64,000 bases of DNA from Eledone cirrhosa. Taxonomy: Eukaryota. The notes beneath the pieces are model-generated. The model ran no database searches and was not told the origin of the DNA. It saw only the letters and a list, made by a program, of their open reading frames with translations. A program made the translations under genes and the position numbers. The first letter of the stretch is position 1; each line of letters starts with the position of its first letter. The stretch spans positions 17,484,001 to 17,548,000 of the forward strand of contig OZ024757.1 of NCBI GenBank assembly GCA_964016885.1. Direction: 5' to 3'. Positions 1 to 12,479 of the stretch are shown here, one piece after another.

Positions 1-560
1 TTGTTAGAGGTGCCTACTGACTGTAGTAGGTTTCACTTTGTACTTTTCACTTTGTAAGGAGGGTCTTCTCTATTACTGTGTAGCGCCAAAGATCTCGGTC
101 CAGTGACATTGTCTTGGAGAGGTGTAAGTGTGTGAGGTCGGAATTTATCAATTCGTCCCAGGTTTTTCTGGGTCTGCCTACTCCGTGGCTACCGTCTATT
201 TTTATTGCCCTGCACTTTTTTATACAGCTGTCGTCTTTCATGCGCATCACGTGACCGTACCAAGGTAGTCTTCTCTCGAGTAAACAACATCTGATCCCTC
301 TTATTTCTAATTTTTCCCTTAGTTCGTTTATGCTTTGCCGTTCACGTATATTACTATTACACATCCAGTGGAGCATGCAAGCTTCGTTCTTCTCCAGTCT
401 GTGTATATCCTCTGCACACAATGCCCAGGTCTCACTGCCATGCAACATTGCTGTTCGTATGCAGGCATCATACAGCCTGCCTTTCATTTTTAGGTAGAAC
501 CCTTTAGCGGCTAATAGTGGTATAAGCTCTCTGAACTTTTTCCATCCCGTTCTGACTCTC
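1..560 (-). mobile_element. 5'-truncated RTE-clade LINE, C-terminal ORF fragment
   Basis: [16 protein letters not shown]...LHGSETW...WYGHVMRM...GRPRKTW; close to the 44553-45784 copy; starts at a (TA)n tract. Confidence 0.9.
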
Positions 561-730
561 TCTATATATATATATATACATATATGTATATATATATACA
601 TACATATATGTATATATACATATATGTATATATACATACATATATATATATTTATACATGTGTATATATATATATGTATATATATATGTGTGTGGGTGTA
701 TATGTATACACACATATATATACATACATA

Positions 731-1285
731 TCATCATCATCATTGTTTAACGTCCATATTCCATGCTAACATGGGTAGGACAGGTTGTCCCTTAGTGAGA
801 AATCTGGTCGGCGGACTGTTTTGCTCACACAGGGTTGATTTGGGGTTGGATTCTACAGCTGGATGCCCTTCCTAATGCCAACCACATTTACGGTGTGGAC
901 CAGGCACTTTTTGTCATGTTGTCAACACGACCATAATAAAATTTCGAATGGATGCAGTAAAAACCAGTCAGTACTCGATACTTGGGATAGTAGAGTGTGT
1001 ATTCTGAATGACTCGCGACCTGAACGCCTGAGCTCTTGAGACAGCAGGAGCTACGACATTTGGATCCTGAATCCTTCAGATATATATATATCATCATCAT
1101 CATCATCATCATCATCATCTTCGTTTAACGTCCATTTTCCACGCTAGCATGGGTTAGACAGGAGTTGTCCCATTTGAGGCAAGGCTGGTCGGGTGACCGT
1201 GTCTCGCTCATATAGGACTATCTGGCAGGTTTTCTACGGCTGGATGCCCTTCCTAACACCAACCACATTTACAGTGTGGGACTGG
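731..1285 (-). mobile_element. Two RTE/SINE 3'-tail fragments ending in (GAT)n
   Basis: catcatcat...tttaacgtcc...ctggatgcccttcctaa = reverse complement of the RTE 3'UTR tail at 20380-20550 and 46020-46186. Confidence 0.75.
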
Positions 1286-1631
1286 GAAATATATATATAT
1301 ATAAAATATGTCCTTCACCATCTTGTTTTTGTGTGTTGACAACACACAAAAACAAGATGGTGAAGGACAGAACAAAGGAGAGACACAAAATAATATCCCA
1401 GTCACTGATGAGGTCACAGAATGTTGACAAAAGAGCTGTGACAATATATAAACAACCACCAACCATACCTACTTCAAATATATAATAAATTGAAGTGAAA
1501 ACCAACAGGTGTGTGTGTTTTTACTGACAACATGACCCTCCTAAAGTATAACAATATCTGTTTCAACACAGGTTTTTAGATAAGAAATCTTGCAAAACAA
1601 ATTGAAAAACGAAATATATAATAATAATAAT

Positions 1632-2103
1632 AATTGTTTCTACTTTTGGCACAAGGCCAGCAATTACCCAGTGCATTACTGGTACTTTATTTTATCGACC
1701 CTGTAAGGATGAAAGGCAAAGTCAGCCTCAGCGGGATTTGAACTCAGATCGTTAAGGGACGTAACTATGCTGGAAGGCATGGCGTCCGACCCTCTACCGA
1801 TACTGCCAATCCATCAATATTAATAATAATTGTTTCTACTTTTGGCACAAGGCCAGCAATTACCCAGAGCAATACTGGTACTTTATTTTATCGACCCCGT
1901 AAGGATGAAAGGCAAAGTTAACCTCGGCGGGATTTGAACTCAGAATGGCAAGGGCCGTAACTCTATACGTCAAAGCATGGCGTCCAACCCTCTACCGATA
2001 CTGCCAATAATTGTTTCTACTTTTGGCACAAGCCAGCAATTATCCAGTGCATTACTGGTACTTTATTTTATCGACCCCGTAAGGATGAAAGGCAAAGTTA
2101 ACC
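1632..2103 (-). mobile_element. Three tandem copies (one partial) of tRNA-derived SINE type A
   Basis: Reverse complement of the copy at 3185 (A box tggcagtatcgg, B box gagttcaaatcc, body gcctttcatccttacggggtcgataaaataaagtacc); (AAT)n flanks. Confidence 0.85.
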
Positions 2104-2191
2104 AATAATAATAATAATAATAAAAAAAAAGGGGATTTGTTACCCATCGAGTGCTCACTCTGGTGAACCTACAGTAAGTGGATGTTTCATT

Positions 2192-2227
<36 letters not shown>

Positions 2228-2231
<4 letters not shown>

Positions 2232-2395
2232 ATGTTTAACTCCGACGGCTATTTCTGTCCAGAAATAGCCGTCGAAACGGCTTGAGCTCTGCCGTTGGGG
2301 TTCAACATTTTCCTATTACCCACTTTACTACCCTAAGTTTGAGTACTCTGGTGCGTTGTGGTCCATCTGGTTCCTTACCACACTTCCTTCGTTCT
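2228..2395 (+). mobile_element. TA-flanked module family L (hairpin + GAAAC; probable Penelope-like pLTR fragment)
   Basis: gacggctatttctg-tc-cagaaatagccgtc-GAAAC...gagtactctggtgcgtt..ggtccatctggttccttaccaca; related copies at 8490, 36830, 37408, 39076, 43180. Confidence 0.6.
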
Positions 2396-2451
2396 ATATA
2401 TATATATATATAATATTAATAAATGGAAAATATCTTTATAAAACCATATTT

Positions 2452-2510
2452 ATTTTATTATACGTATTTCTAGGGTACTAATATTTTAGCATGCTTTCGT
2501 CAGATAAAAT
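2452..2510 (-). ncRNA. Minimal type-I hammerhead ribozyme motif
   Basis: Minus strand: attttat-CTGACGA-aagcatgctaa/ttagtacccta-GAAA-TACGTA-TA-ataaaat; stem I attttat/ataaaat; palindromic stem III ATACGTAT. Confidence 0.7.
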
Positions 2511-2553
2511 ATAATAATTGGTGTAAAGATAGTGACATATCTTATATGTGTAT

Positions 2554-2897
2554 GGAGGCATATGGCTTAGTGCTTAGAGCATTGGTCTTGCAATCGAAAG
2601 GTTGTGAGTTCAATTCTCAGACTGGGTGATATGTTGTTTCCTTGAGCAAGACACTTTATTTCACATTGCTCCAGTTTATTCAGCTGTAGAAATGAGATGA
2701 TAGCACTGGGGTCCCTATCATTCCACTGCAAAGTGGTCGTGGAGGTGCCACGGCAAAAAAGCACCCAGCACTCACTGTAAATGAGGTTGGTGTTAGGAAG
2801 GGCATCCAGCTGTAGAAATCAAGCCAGAATCAGTTCCCATCCCATCCTTGCAAGCAGGGAAAAAGCGGGCGTAAAATGAAATGATGATGATGATGAT
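2554..2897 (+). mobile_element. tRNA-derived SINE type B with RTE-shared 3' tail and (GAT)n end
   Basis: ggaggc..atggcttagtg (A box), gagttcaattc (B box), ttccttgagcaagacact central domain, tail gttggtgttaggaagggcatccagctgtagaaa identical to the RTE 3'UTR. Confidence 0.85.
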
Positions 2898-2912
2898 ATA
2901 TATATATATATA

Positions 2913-3175
2913 TATTAAAATAGCAGATTCAAGTTTAAGCAAAGAATCGCTGCTTTCACCCTTAACGGGATCTTCGGAAACTAACAAAGTCAATCTGTCA
3001 GATTGACTTTGTTAGTTTCAGAAGATCCCGTTAAGAGTGAAAGCAGCGATTCTTTGCTTAAACTTGAATCTGTTATTTTAATAAATATTTACTCTACGGT
3101 TCTTATATATTTGATATATATTTATCCTTATCGAGCCCTCTTTGGATTTTAGTCTTCAAATTTATTATTATTACT
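2913..3175. mobile_element. TA-flanked module family K forming an ~85-bp-arm palindrome (centre ~2998)
   Basis: Arms 2913-2997 and 2999-3083; core c(c/a)gaagatcccgttaag(g/a)gtgaaagcagcg is hammerhead-like; family recurs at 16970, 31440, 32870, 37140, 37953. Confidence 0.65.
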
Positions 3176-3184
3176 ATATATATA

Positions 3185-3355
3185 TGGATTGGCAGTATCG
3201 GTAGAGGGTCGGACGCCATGCTTTCCAGCATAGTTACGTCCCTTAACGATCTGAGTTCAAATCCCGCCGAGGTTGACTTTGCCTTTCATCCTTACGGGGT
3301 CGATAAAATAAAGTACTGGAAAATTGGTGGCCTTGTGCCTAAAGTAGAAACAATT
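3185..3355 (+). mobile_element. SINE type A
   Basis: A/B boxes and conserved body; between (TA)n tracts. Confidence 0.85.
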
Positions 3356-3357
3356 AC

Positions 3358-3392
<35 letters not shown>

Positions 3393-3828
3393 ATGTATAT
3401 ATATACACACACACACACCCCACACCCACCAACACACCCCTTCAACAACACATCAAGTGAAAGGAGTCCATTATTCCAGCTTCTTTACAGATTCTTTCTT
3501 TCTTACTTTTACCACCAATGATTAGCTCTGATATTAATTAGAAAGCATTCTATTTTAGTCCAGTTTAATTAACTACTTCGTTAGTGTGATTAGTTAATTG
3601 TTTGAGTCTGCTGGCAATTCAGGTTCTGAGGAGGTTGGGAGTAGTGATGTTTGTTTTGTTTCGTTTTAGTTATTTACTCATTTACACACTTACATAAATT
3701 GACACACACACACTCACACTCTCTCACACACACACACACACTCTCTCACACACACACATATTAATATATACATTGTGCTGTATTGTTGTTCCTTGTTGAT
3801 TTTTTTACACACACTCACACACACACAC

Positions 3829-3859
<31 letters not shown>

Positions 3860-4020
3860 TATATGTATATATATATACATATATATATGTGTATATATAT
3901 ATACATACACACACACACACACATATATGTATATATATACATATATATATGTGTATATATATATACATACACACACACACACACATATATGTATATATAT
4001 ATGTGTGTGTATATATATAT

Positions 4021-4970
4021 GGAGGCACATGGCTTAGTGGCAAAAAAGCACCCAGCTCACACTGTAAAGTGGACATGGAGGCGCCACAGAAAAAAAGCAT
4101 CCAGCACTCACTGTAAATGAGGTTGGTGTTAGGAAGGGCATCCAGCTGTAGAAATTAAGCCAGAATCAGTTCCCGTCCCACCCTTGCAAGCAGGGAAAAG
4201 CGGACGTAAAATGATGATGATGATGATGATATATATCAATCAAAATAAGAGTCATATATCATTTCGTTATTAAATATCTTGCTTTCTCCACCATATATAT
4301 ATATGTCAAACACCCCTACCACTAGGCCACGTGCCTATGGAGGCATGTGGCCTAGTGGTAAGGCTGTTTGACTTATGATCACAATGTCGTGGGTTCGATT
4401 CCAGGGTGGCGTGTTGTGTTTTTGAGCAAAACACTTCATGTCACGTTATGTATATAAATATCACTTCATATCACGTTATGTATTAAATGTATATCAGCAA
4501 TAGCTGGGTGTTTAAGCCTGCGATGGACTGGCGTGCTGTCCAGGGGGTAGTCCTATACTCTCAGTCGCTTCACGCCATGAAACCGAGATAAACACCGGCC
4601 AAATGAGCCTTCTGGCTTAAGATATATATATATATCATCATCATCATTTTACGTCCGCTTCTCCCTGCTTGCAAGGGTGGGACGGGAACTGATTCTGGCT
4701 TGATTTCTACAGCTGGATGCCCTTCCTAACACCAACCTCATTTACAGTGAGTGCTGGGTGCTTTTTTGCTGTGGCACCTCCACGACCACTTTGCAGTGGA
4801 ATGATATGGACCCCAGTCCCTATCATCTCATTTCTACAGCTGAGTAAACTGGAGCAATGTGAAATAAAGTGTCTTGCTCAAGGAAACAACACATCACCCG
4901 GTCTGAGAATTGAACTCACAACCTTTTGATTGCAAGCCCAATGCTCTAACCACTAAGCCTTGTGCCTTCA
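4021..4970. mobile_element. SINE cluster: internally deleted type B (+, 4021-4230), related variant (+, 4338-4620), full type B (-, 4636-4970)
   Basis: Similarity to 2554-2897 and 17551-18168. Confidence 0.8.
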
Positions 4971-5362
4971 TATATATATATACACACACACACATACACA
5001 CACACACACATTCTTTCTAGTTATTCATTCTCAAATGAAGCCAGCCTAGAAGATATTCCACCCACGACTATCTCTTCATTATCTATACTTAGTGTATAAA
5101 CCAGTGACTTTATTATTTAATGCAAGTTTAATGTTTTCAGTGGCACCTGGCTGGTAATTTTAGCAGGTCAGTTGGTGACTGCCCTGTAGAACCCCCTATC
5201 CATTTAATCCCCCCCCCCCCCATGCTGTGATGACAATAAACATTTGTCTGAACAATACCCTAACATTGTACCTGATGGCACCAATACATTTATATAGCAT
5301 AATATCACAAGTCTATATTTATCTTTGTATATATACTCATGTATATTTGTAGTATGTGTATA

Positions 5363-5410
<48 letters not shown>

Positions 5411-5852
5411 TAAATCTACCAAAAGTTTACGGTAGTGTCCAATCCGTATGAAGAACTCAATGTAATCCGGATATCATGAAAAGAAGAGATGCATTCAAAA
5501 ATCACTTTCGGTGAAAGATAAACGGAATACAGAGTCAAGATAAATTATTAAAAAAATAATGAATAAACAAAGAAACAGTTCCTTATATTAAACAAAAAAA
5601 GTTCATTATTTTACGATCGTTTCTAGGACATATATGTGTTAGAATTGGTATGCATATTCAAAAGATCTATGTACAAAATTATACAAACTATCAAAGAGAA
5701 TATACATACCTTCACATATATATGCTGTCTTCAGATATATATGCTGTCTTCACATATATATGCTGTCTTCACATATATATGCTGTCTTCTGAAGACAGCA
5801 TATATATGTGAAGGTATGTATATTCTCTTTGATAGTTTGTATAATTTTGTAC

Positions 5853-6134
5853 CGTCATCGATTCTCAATCAAACATCCTAATCACCGTTTTGTGACCACG
5901 CTCGCCAACAAGACCTGGCAACTCCGTGAACGCAACCAACAGTTCACCTTAAAATGGGATATACTTTCTAGCGCAAGTGCATATCGTAGTGGATTGAAGT
6001 ACTGCAGGTTATGTAACCTTGAACTCTTTTACATATTAAAATCCAAAAACAAACTACTTAACGATAGAATTGAACGATCACTATACTGCAACCACAAACT
6101 AAAAGCTAAATTCTCTCACTATAAAATAACTTAA
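5853..6134 (+). pseudogene. Penelope-like element GIY-YIG endonuclease C-terminal fragment
   Basis: H..S......TTLANKTWQL......LKWDIL..A.AY......CRLC..E.FYI......LLN.R.E....CNH fits the end of C-terminal PLE endonucleases; hammerhead downstream at 6605. Confidence 0.75.
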
Positions 6135-6604
6135 CATTCGAACCCGTAACTATAACATCGCTTTCTAGCTAACCACCTTCTCTTCCACCACACTACAAGA
6201 CAATACACTGCTTATCACTATAAATGGTAACTCAGTGCAATTCGCAGATTACTACTACGAACCCAAAGTTCACTCACCACATAGACTTCGTCTGTCCCCT
6301 CTCTACCCCTCTCTCTCTCTCTCTCGCCTTTGGCCTACCTCCCTCTCCACATCTATGAACCTGCCCTCTGGGGCAATAAATAATTCCGACCTTAACTATC
6401 AACGCATCTCTCCAAAAGTAACCAGTATAATAAAACCCCTACCATAACATTTTGATTAAGATATCTACAAACCACTCTCTCCTATTTCTCCAACCCCTGC
6501 ATATCTTTCTCTCTCTCTCCCTCTCCCCTACTTTTCTCTCTTCCTTTTCTACTCTATCTTCTCCAACAACCCCACTTAAGGGTATTTACATCGTACATTT
6601 TACC

Positions 6605-6708
6605 ATTCTGCTCTGAGGATACAGTGGTCACAGCAAATAGTTGTAAATTTGCACATAGCATAACTAGGCTGTAGTACCACCGTGGAAACACTTGTAAGCA
6701 CACGGAAT
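6605..6708 (+). ncRNA. Type-I hammerhead ribozyme with extended stem II in the PLE 3' region
   Basis: tgct-CTGAGGA(6613-6619)-tacagtggt...accaccgtg-GAAAC(6685-6689)-actt-GTA-agca; stem I tgct/agca, extended by attc/gaat across a bulge. Confidence 0.75.
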
Positions 6709-7179
6709 AAATTACCTTTTTATGATGTCTACCTGTTATTATTCATTCTTTATATACACTCCGGAATACAGAAGGATCAGGAACTAAGTTTCTTCAACAA
6801 TTCTTCCATAACTCGTAGAGTAACCTCTCACCGTACATCAACCATATCCAGTGTAGTAATTAACCATTACTACATCTTGGATAATCCTATACCTAATATA
6901 GATATATATATATTAAAGAGTTAAACAAGATTCAATGAGTACATCAAAGAATGAGTTTTACAGTAGATTGGAATCACTCTACAGAGGATATTTTCCAGAG
7001 TTATTAATATAAATATTATATAAATATTATATATATATATATGCCCTGTAGTTTGTGAACAATAGCACCATGGTTATAGGACTCCAAGAAAGCTAGTCAC
7101 TGGTTTTCTGTATTTCTAAGGAGTGTCTCTAATAAATACCAGATGGTAATGTTGTTTGAAACACAAACTTTTCATTGCA

Positions 7180-7770
7180 TTGATGTTTGGAACATAACTT
7201 AACAAAGGTTCTTACATAAAATTATGATAGAAAGTTTGTAGATAAATATAGATATGTTAACACTTTTGTTGCCATATCTGTAACATATAATCAATAATTT
7301 GAAGGGATTTAGTAAAATGACAAACCTTTTCATTATGTTTTGATTGGAACATAACTTAACAAAGGTTCTTACATAAAATTATGATAGAAAGTTTTTAGAT
7401 AAATATAGACATTTTAACACTTTTGTTACTATATTTGTAACAAATAATCAATAATTTGAAGGGATTTAGTAAAATGACAAACCTTTTCATTATGTTTTGA
7501 TTGGAACATAACTTAACAAAGGTTCTTACATAAAATTATGATAGAAAGTTTTTAGATAAATATAGACATTTTAACACTTTTGTTACTATATTTGTAACAA
7601 ATAATCAATAATTTGAAGGGATTTAGTAAAATGACAAACCTGCTTGTTATCAAGCTGCTATTTGGAACAAAACTTAAAAAAGGTTCTTACATAAAATTAT
7701 GATGAATAATAAATATAAACATTTAATCAGTTTTGCATCCAGGAGCCAGAGCCAGTTTTAGGTGGGGACT
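7180..7770. repeat. ~157-bp tandem repeat (~4 copies), probably MITE-derived
   Basis: ttggaacataacttaacaaaggttcttacataaaattatgat recurs at ~7188, 7344, 7501, 7662. Confidence 0.8.
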
Positions 7771-8395
7771 GGGGTGAGATGGGGTCCCTAGGAATTAAAA
7801 ACAATGCAAGGTATAGTGTAGTTATTGATGAATAACTACACTCCACCTCTTAGGTGGGGTAGGGGGTAGGGGGTCATGACTAACACACCTTTGATATGAC
7901 AATTTATTTCACCTGTTAACAATGGAAGTTGTGATGAAAGACAAAAGGTCATGTTTACCAAACACCTATGTTGGGGGTGAGGGGTGGGGGTGGGGGGTAT
8001 ATTTGTTGACTGACTTATTCCATCTCACCTTTGTAACTATTGTTGTTGTTACCCCCCCCTCCCCTCCGTATCACCGCTACCACCACCACTAATACAGCTA
8101 TCAACACCACCACCACCACTATAACCACACACTATCACCACCACTAACACAAACATCACCACCACCAACACCCATCACCATCACTACCAACAACACCATC
8201 ACCCCAACCACACACACACTACCATCACCCCAACCACACACACACTACCATCACCCCAACCACACACACACACTACCATCACCACTACCACACCACCACC
8301 ACGTCTAACATACATACATAGACTAATACACACACACACATATAGATATATATCTACACACAAATGACCTTTTACATATCTTTTGTTGACTCAGT

Positions 8396-8431
<36 letters not shown>

Positions 8432-8437
8432 GAGAAT

Positions 8438-8485
<48 letters not shown>

Positions 8486-8489
8486 AAGG

Positions 8490-8670
8490 AATTGTGGTAA
8501 GGAACCAGATGGACCATAACGCACCAGAGTACTCAATACTTAGGGTAGTAGAGTGGGAAATAGGAAAAAGTATGACCCCGACGGCAGAACCCAAGCCGTT
8601 TCGACAGCTATTTCTGGACAGAAATAGCCTTCGAAACGGCTTGAGCTCTGCCGTCGGGGTCATACTTTTT

Positions 8671-8675
<5 letters not shown>
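8490..8675. mobile_element. Family L module with fold-back palindrome
   Basis: taggaaaaagtatgaccccgacggcag...gtttcgac / cgaaacggcttgagctctgccgtcggggtcatactttttccta. Confidence 0.7.
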
Positions 8676-8712
<37 letters not shown>

Positions 8713-8717
8713 TATCA

Positions 8718-8885
8718 ACATACGTTAACCTTGGTCTTCATCTTCTAGTGTGTCCATGTAGGGGCTCCCAAAGGAGCACTGAGTGCAATGTCAACTCTGG
8801 ATGTCAGCGATAATGAGGGACAGAGACCGCTGGAGAGAACTCGTCCATGGATCTCGGGAATTTTACCCGCCTTAGATAGATAGAT
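8718..8885. mobile_element. 3' end of a second RTE family with (TAGA)n tail and inverted 5' segment
   Basis: Shares sequence with 32040-32300 and 35322-35480; the inverted part encodes HSVLLWEPLHGHTRR on the minus strand. Confidence 0.7.
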
Positions 8886-8890
8886 ACATA

Positions 8891-8927
<37 letters not shown>

Positions 8928-9074
8928 GTATATTTTTATATATATATATATATATGATTGTTACAGTGAGGGGAATGAGAAATAACTCCTTAAGAAAGAG
9001 AGCTGGGTGGGGGTATCAGTTGCAAAAGTCTGACCTTTTGAAGAACCACCCTCTTTTGTCACCACCCCCTTTTT

Positions 9075-9700
9075 ATCTCCACCACTACCACCACCACCAC
9101 CACCACTATCACCAGCACCATCACCTCCACCAACCTTACCATCACTATCACCATTACCTCCACTGCAACTACACCCCCATTACCCTCTCCCTACCACCTC
9201 CACTGTCACTATCACCTCCACTGCAACTACCCCCCTATTACCCCTACGCCCACCACTACTGACCCCCCATACCCTCACCCTACCACCACCACCACCACCA
9301 CCACCACCACCACAACCAACTCTGATTACCCCCTACCATCACCACTACCACCACCACTACGACCACCACCACCCCATTACCCTATCTTCACCACTACCAC
9401 TACCTCCACTAACAAACCCACTAGCATTACCACCACCACTACCATTACCACTACCACAACCACCACTACCATTACCACCACTACCATTACCACCACCACC
9501 GCCACTACCACCACCACCGCCACTACCAACCCCTACCAGTACCATCACCACTACCACTACCAAACCCACTACGACGACCACCACCACCACCACCACTACC
9601 AAACTCACTACCACCACCACTACCACCACCACTACCACCACCACTACCATCACCACCACCACCACTACCACCACACCACTACCCCTACTGCTAATATCAA
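9075..9700. repeat. Degenerate (CAC/CTAC)n low-complexity tract
   Basis: Triplet-rich cacc/ctac run. Confidence 0.85.
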
Positions 9701-10031
9701 CCCTCACAACCCACCTACCGTCACCCCTCCTTTCGAAACAACCAAATAAACCAGACGAGGTACAAACCCTTAACCTTTTATCAATCCTTCGTTGTTCTTC
9801 TACCTGTCAGTTCAATATTAATTAAATTACTCTGCTATCACATATTTAAAGACAAAGCTCATTTAATTAATTCTCTAATATATTTCACAAGTCATTGACT
9901 CGTTAGCATTTACATTACTCTGTATTTGATGATGATGAAGCTTGAGTATTCCACAGACACGTGTACCCATAACATAATTCTCAAACAGAATTGGCATGAC
10001 ATTATATGACAAGACTGGACCTTTGAATTAA

Positions 10032-11265
10032 CCCTTTAGCATTTCATTACTCTATATATACTATTATATTTTCATGTTAAAGGCTTTACCTCACATAAAA
10101 TCTCACATAACATTTACATTACTCTATATCAGTGATTCTCAACCAATGTGCCGCGAGATCTTCCTAAGTGTGCCGCGGAATTTTATTTTCGCCATGTTTT
10201 TATTTTGTAAAATTCAAATATTTTTCATATATATTTAGCCAGGTGTGCTGCTATTTTTTCATGTGTTCCAAGGTATGCCGTTGGCAAAAAAGGTTGAGAA
10301 CCACTGCTCTATATATACTATTATATTTTCACGGTTAAGTCTTTACCTCACATAATTATCTCACATAATTATCTCACATAATATCTCACATAGCATTTAC
10401 ATTACTCTATATACACTATTATATTTTCACAGTAAAAGCTTTACCTCACATAATTATCTCACATAATATCTCAAAGCATTTACATTACTCTATATATACT
10501 ATTATATTTTCACGATAAAGTCTTTACATCACATAATTATCTCATAATATCTCACATAACATTTACATTACTCTATATATACTACTATATTTTCAGGGCA
10601 AAGTCTTTACATCACATAATTATCTCACATAACATTTACATTACTCTATATTTACTATTATATTTTCAGGGCAAAGTCTTTACATCACATAATTATCTCA
10701 CATAACATTTACATTACTCTATATATACTATTATATTTTCACGGTAAAGTCATTACATCACATAATTATCTCATAATATCTCACATAACATTTACATTAC
10801 TCTATATATACTATTATATTTTCACGGTAAAGTCATTACATCACATAATTATCTCGCATAATATCTCACATAACATTTACATTACTCTATATATACTACT
10901 ATATTTTCACGATAAAGTCTTTACATCACATAATTATCTCACATAACATTTACATTACTCTATATATACTACTATATTTTCACGATAAAGTCTTTACATC
11001 ACATAATTATCTCACATAACATTTACATTACTCTATAAAGACTTTATCGTGAAAATATAGTAATATTTTCACGATAAAGTTTTTACCCCACATAATTATA
11101 TCATAATATCTCACATAACATTTACATTACTCTCTATATACTATTATATTTTCACGATAAAGGCTTTACCTCACATAATATGAAATTTTGATATTGTTTA
11201 TTTTGAGAACAATAACTTAACATCAGTATGAGGGGCTGGTTACAGCTGGTTTAAATGCTAAAGGG
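10032..11265. mobile_element. piggyBac-like MITE (TTAA-flanked, 13-bp TIR) expanded by an internal ~74-bp tandem array
   Basis: ttaa|ccctttagcattt ... aaatgctaaaggg|ttaa; compact ~215-bp relatives at 12264-12479 and ~42599-42818. Confidence 0.7.
10130..10306. mobile_element. hAT-type MITE nested in the array
   Basis: TIRs cagtgattctcaacc / ggttgagaaccactg; 8-bp TSD ctctatat (10122-10129 and 10307-10314). Confidence 0.9.
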
Positions 11266-11389
11266 TTAAGTGATTAGTGAATTGCATGCATAGTCCTGTA
11301 ATTCTTGGTGGAGACATAAGGGTGCCATATTAACATACAGCATTTCTAGGGCGTTTTTTAAACCTGGCTTAGCTCATCTCTTCTCCACG

Positions 11390-12245
11390 TCTGAATACTG
11401 CAGAATTCTTCCAGAGAAGGCTAGAGAGAGTGACAGAGAGGAAGAATTGACCCCAAGTACTTCACTGGTACTTTTTTTTATCGAACTAGAATGGATGAAA
11501 TCAAAAGTGAACCTTGGTTGAGGGTAGGTCTGAATATAACAACTTTCTTCTAGAGAAGGATAGATCACAGAGAGTGAGAAAGAGATTTAGAAGAAGAAAC
11601 GACCCCAGTACTTGACTGGTACTTTTTTTATCGACCTAGAACAGATGAAAGGCAAAAGTTGACCCCCGGTGGGGTAGATCTGGATACTGCAGATTTCTTC
11701 CAGAGAAGGATAGAGCACAGAGAGTGAGAGAATGGAAGTGAGAAAGAGATTTAGAAGAAGAAACGACCCCAGTACTTGACTGGTACTTTTTTTATCGACC
11801 TAGAACAGATGAAAGGCAAAAGTTGACCCCCGGTGGGGTAGATCTGGATGCTGCAGATTTCTTCCAGAGAAGGATAGAGCACAGAGAGTGAGAGAATGGA
11901 AGTGAGAAAGAGATTTAGAAGAAGAAACGACCCCAGTACTTGACTGGTACTTTTTTTATCGACCTAGAACAGATGAAAGGCAAAAGTTGACCCCCGGTGG
12001 GGTAGATCTGGATGCTGCAGATTTCTTCCAGAGAAGGATAGAGCACAGAGAGTGAGAGAATGGAAGTGAGAAAGAGATTTAGAAGAAGAAACGACCCCAG
12101 TACTTGACTGGTACTTTTTTTATCGACCTAGAACAGATGAAAGGCAAAAGTTGACCCCCGGTAGGATTTGAACTCAGAGAGGAAAGAACCAAACAATTAC
12201 CACAAAACATTCTATCTAATGTTCTAATGACCCTGCCATTCATAC
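11390..12245 (-). repeat. 164-bp tandem array built from a SINE type A variant
   Basis: gaccccagtacttgactggtac...gatgaaaggcaaaagttgacc at 11601, 11765, ~11929, ~12093; ends in the SINE B box ggatttgaactc. Confidence 0.85.
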
Positions 12246-12263
12246 TCTTGCTTGGTCAATTAG

Positions 12264-12479
12264 TTAACACTTTAATGTTCAAACCGGCCAAAACTGGCCA
12301 GAATTCTCTACCTCCTTCTGATGAAACTGGCTGTAACTGGTCGCTCAAACTGATGTTAAGGTATTGTTCTCAAAATAAATAACATCAAAATCTCATAGGA
12401 TTCGATATTATGTGAGGTAAAGCCTTTACCATGAAAATATAATAGTATATATAGAGTAATGTGAATGCTAAAGGGTTAA
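12264..12479. mobile_element. Compact piggyBac-like MITE
   Basis: ttaacacttt...aatgctaaagggttaa; holds one unit of the 10.3-11.2 kb satellite. Confidence 0.65.
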
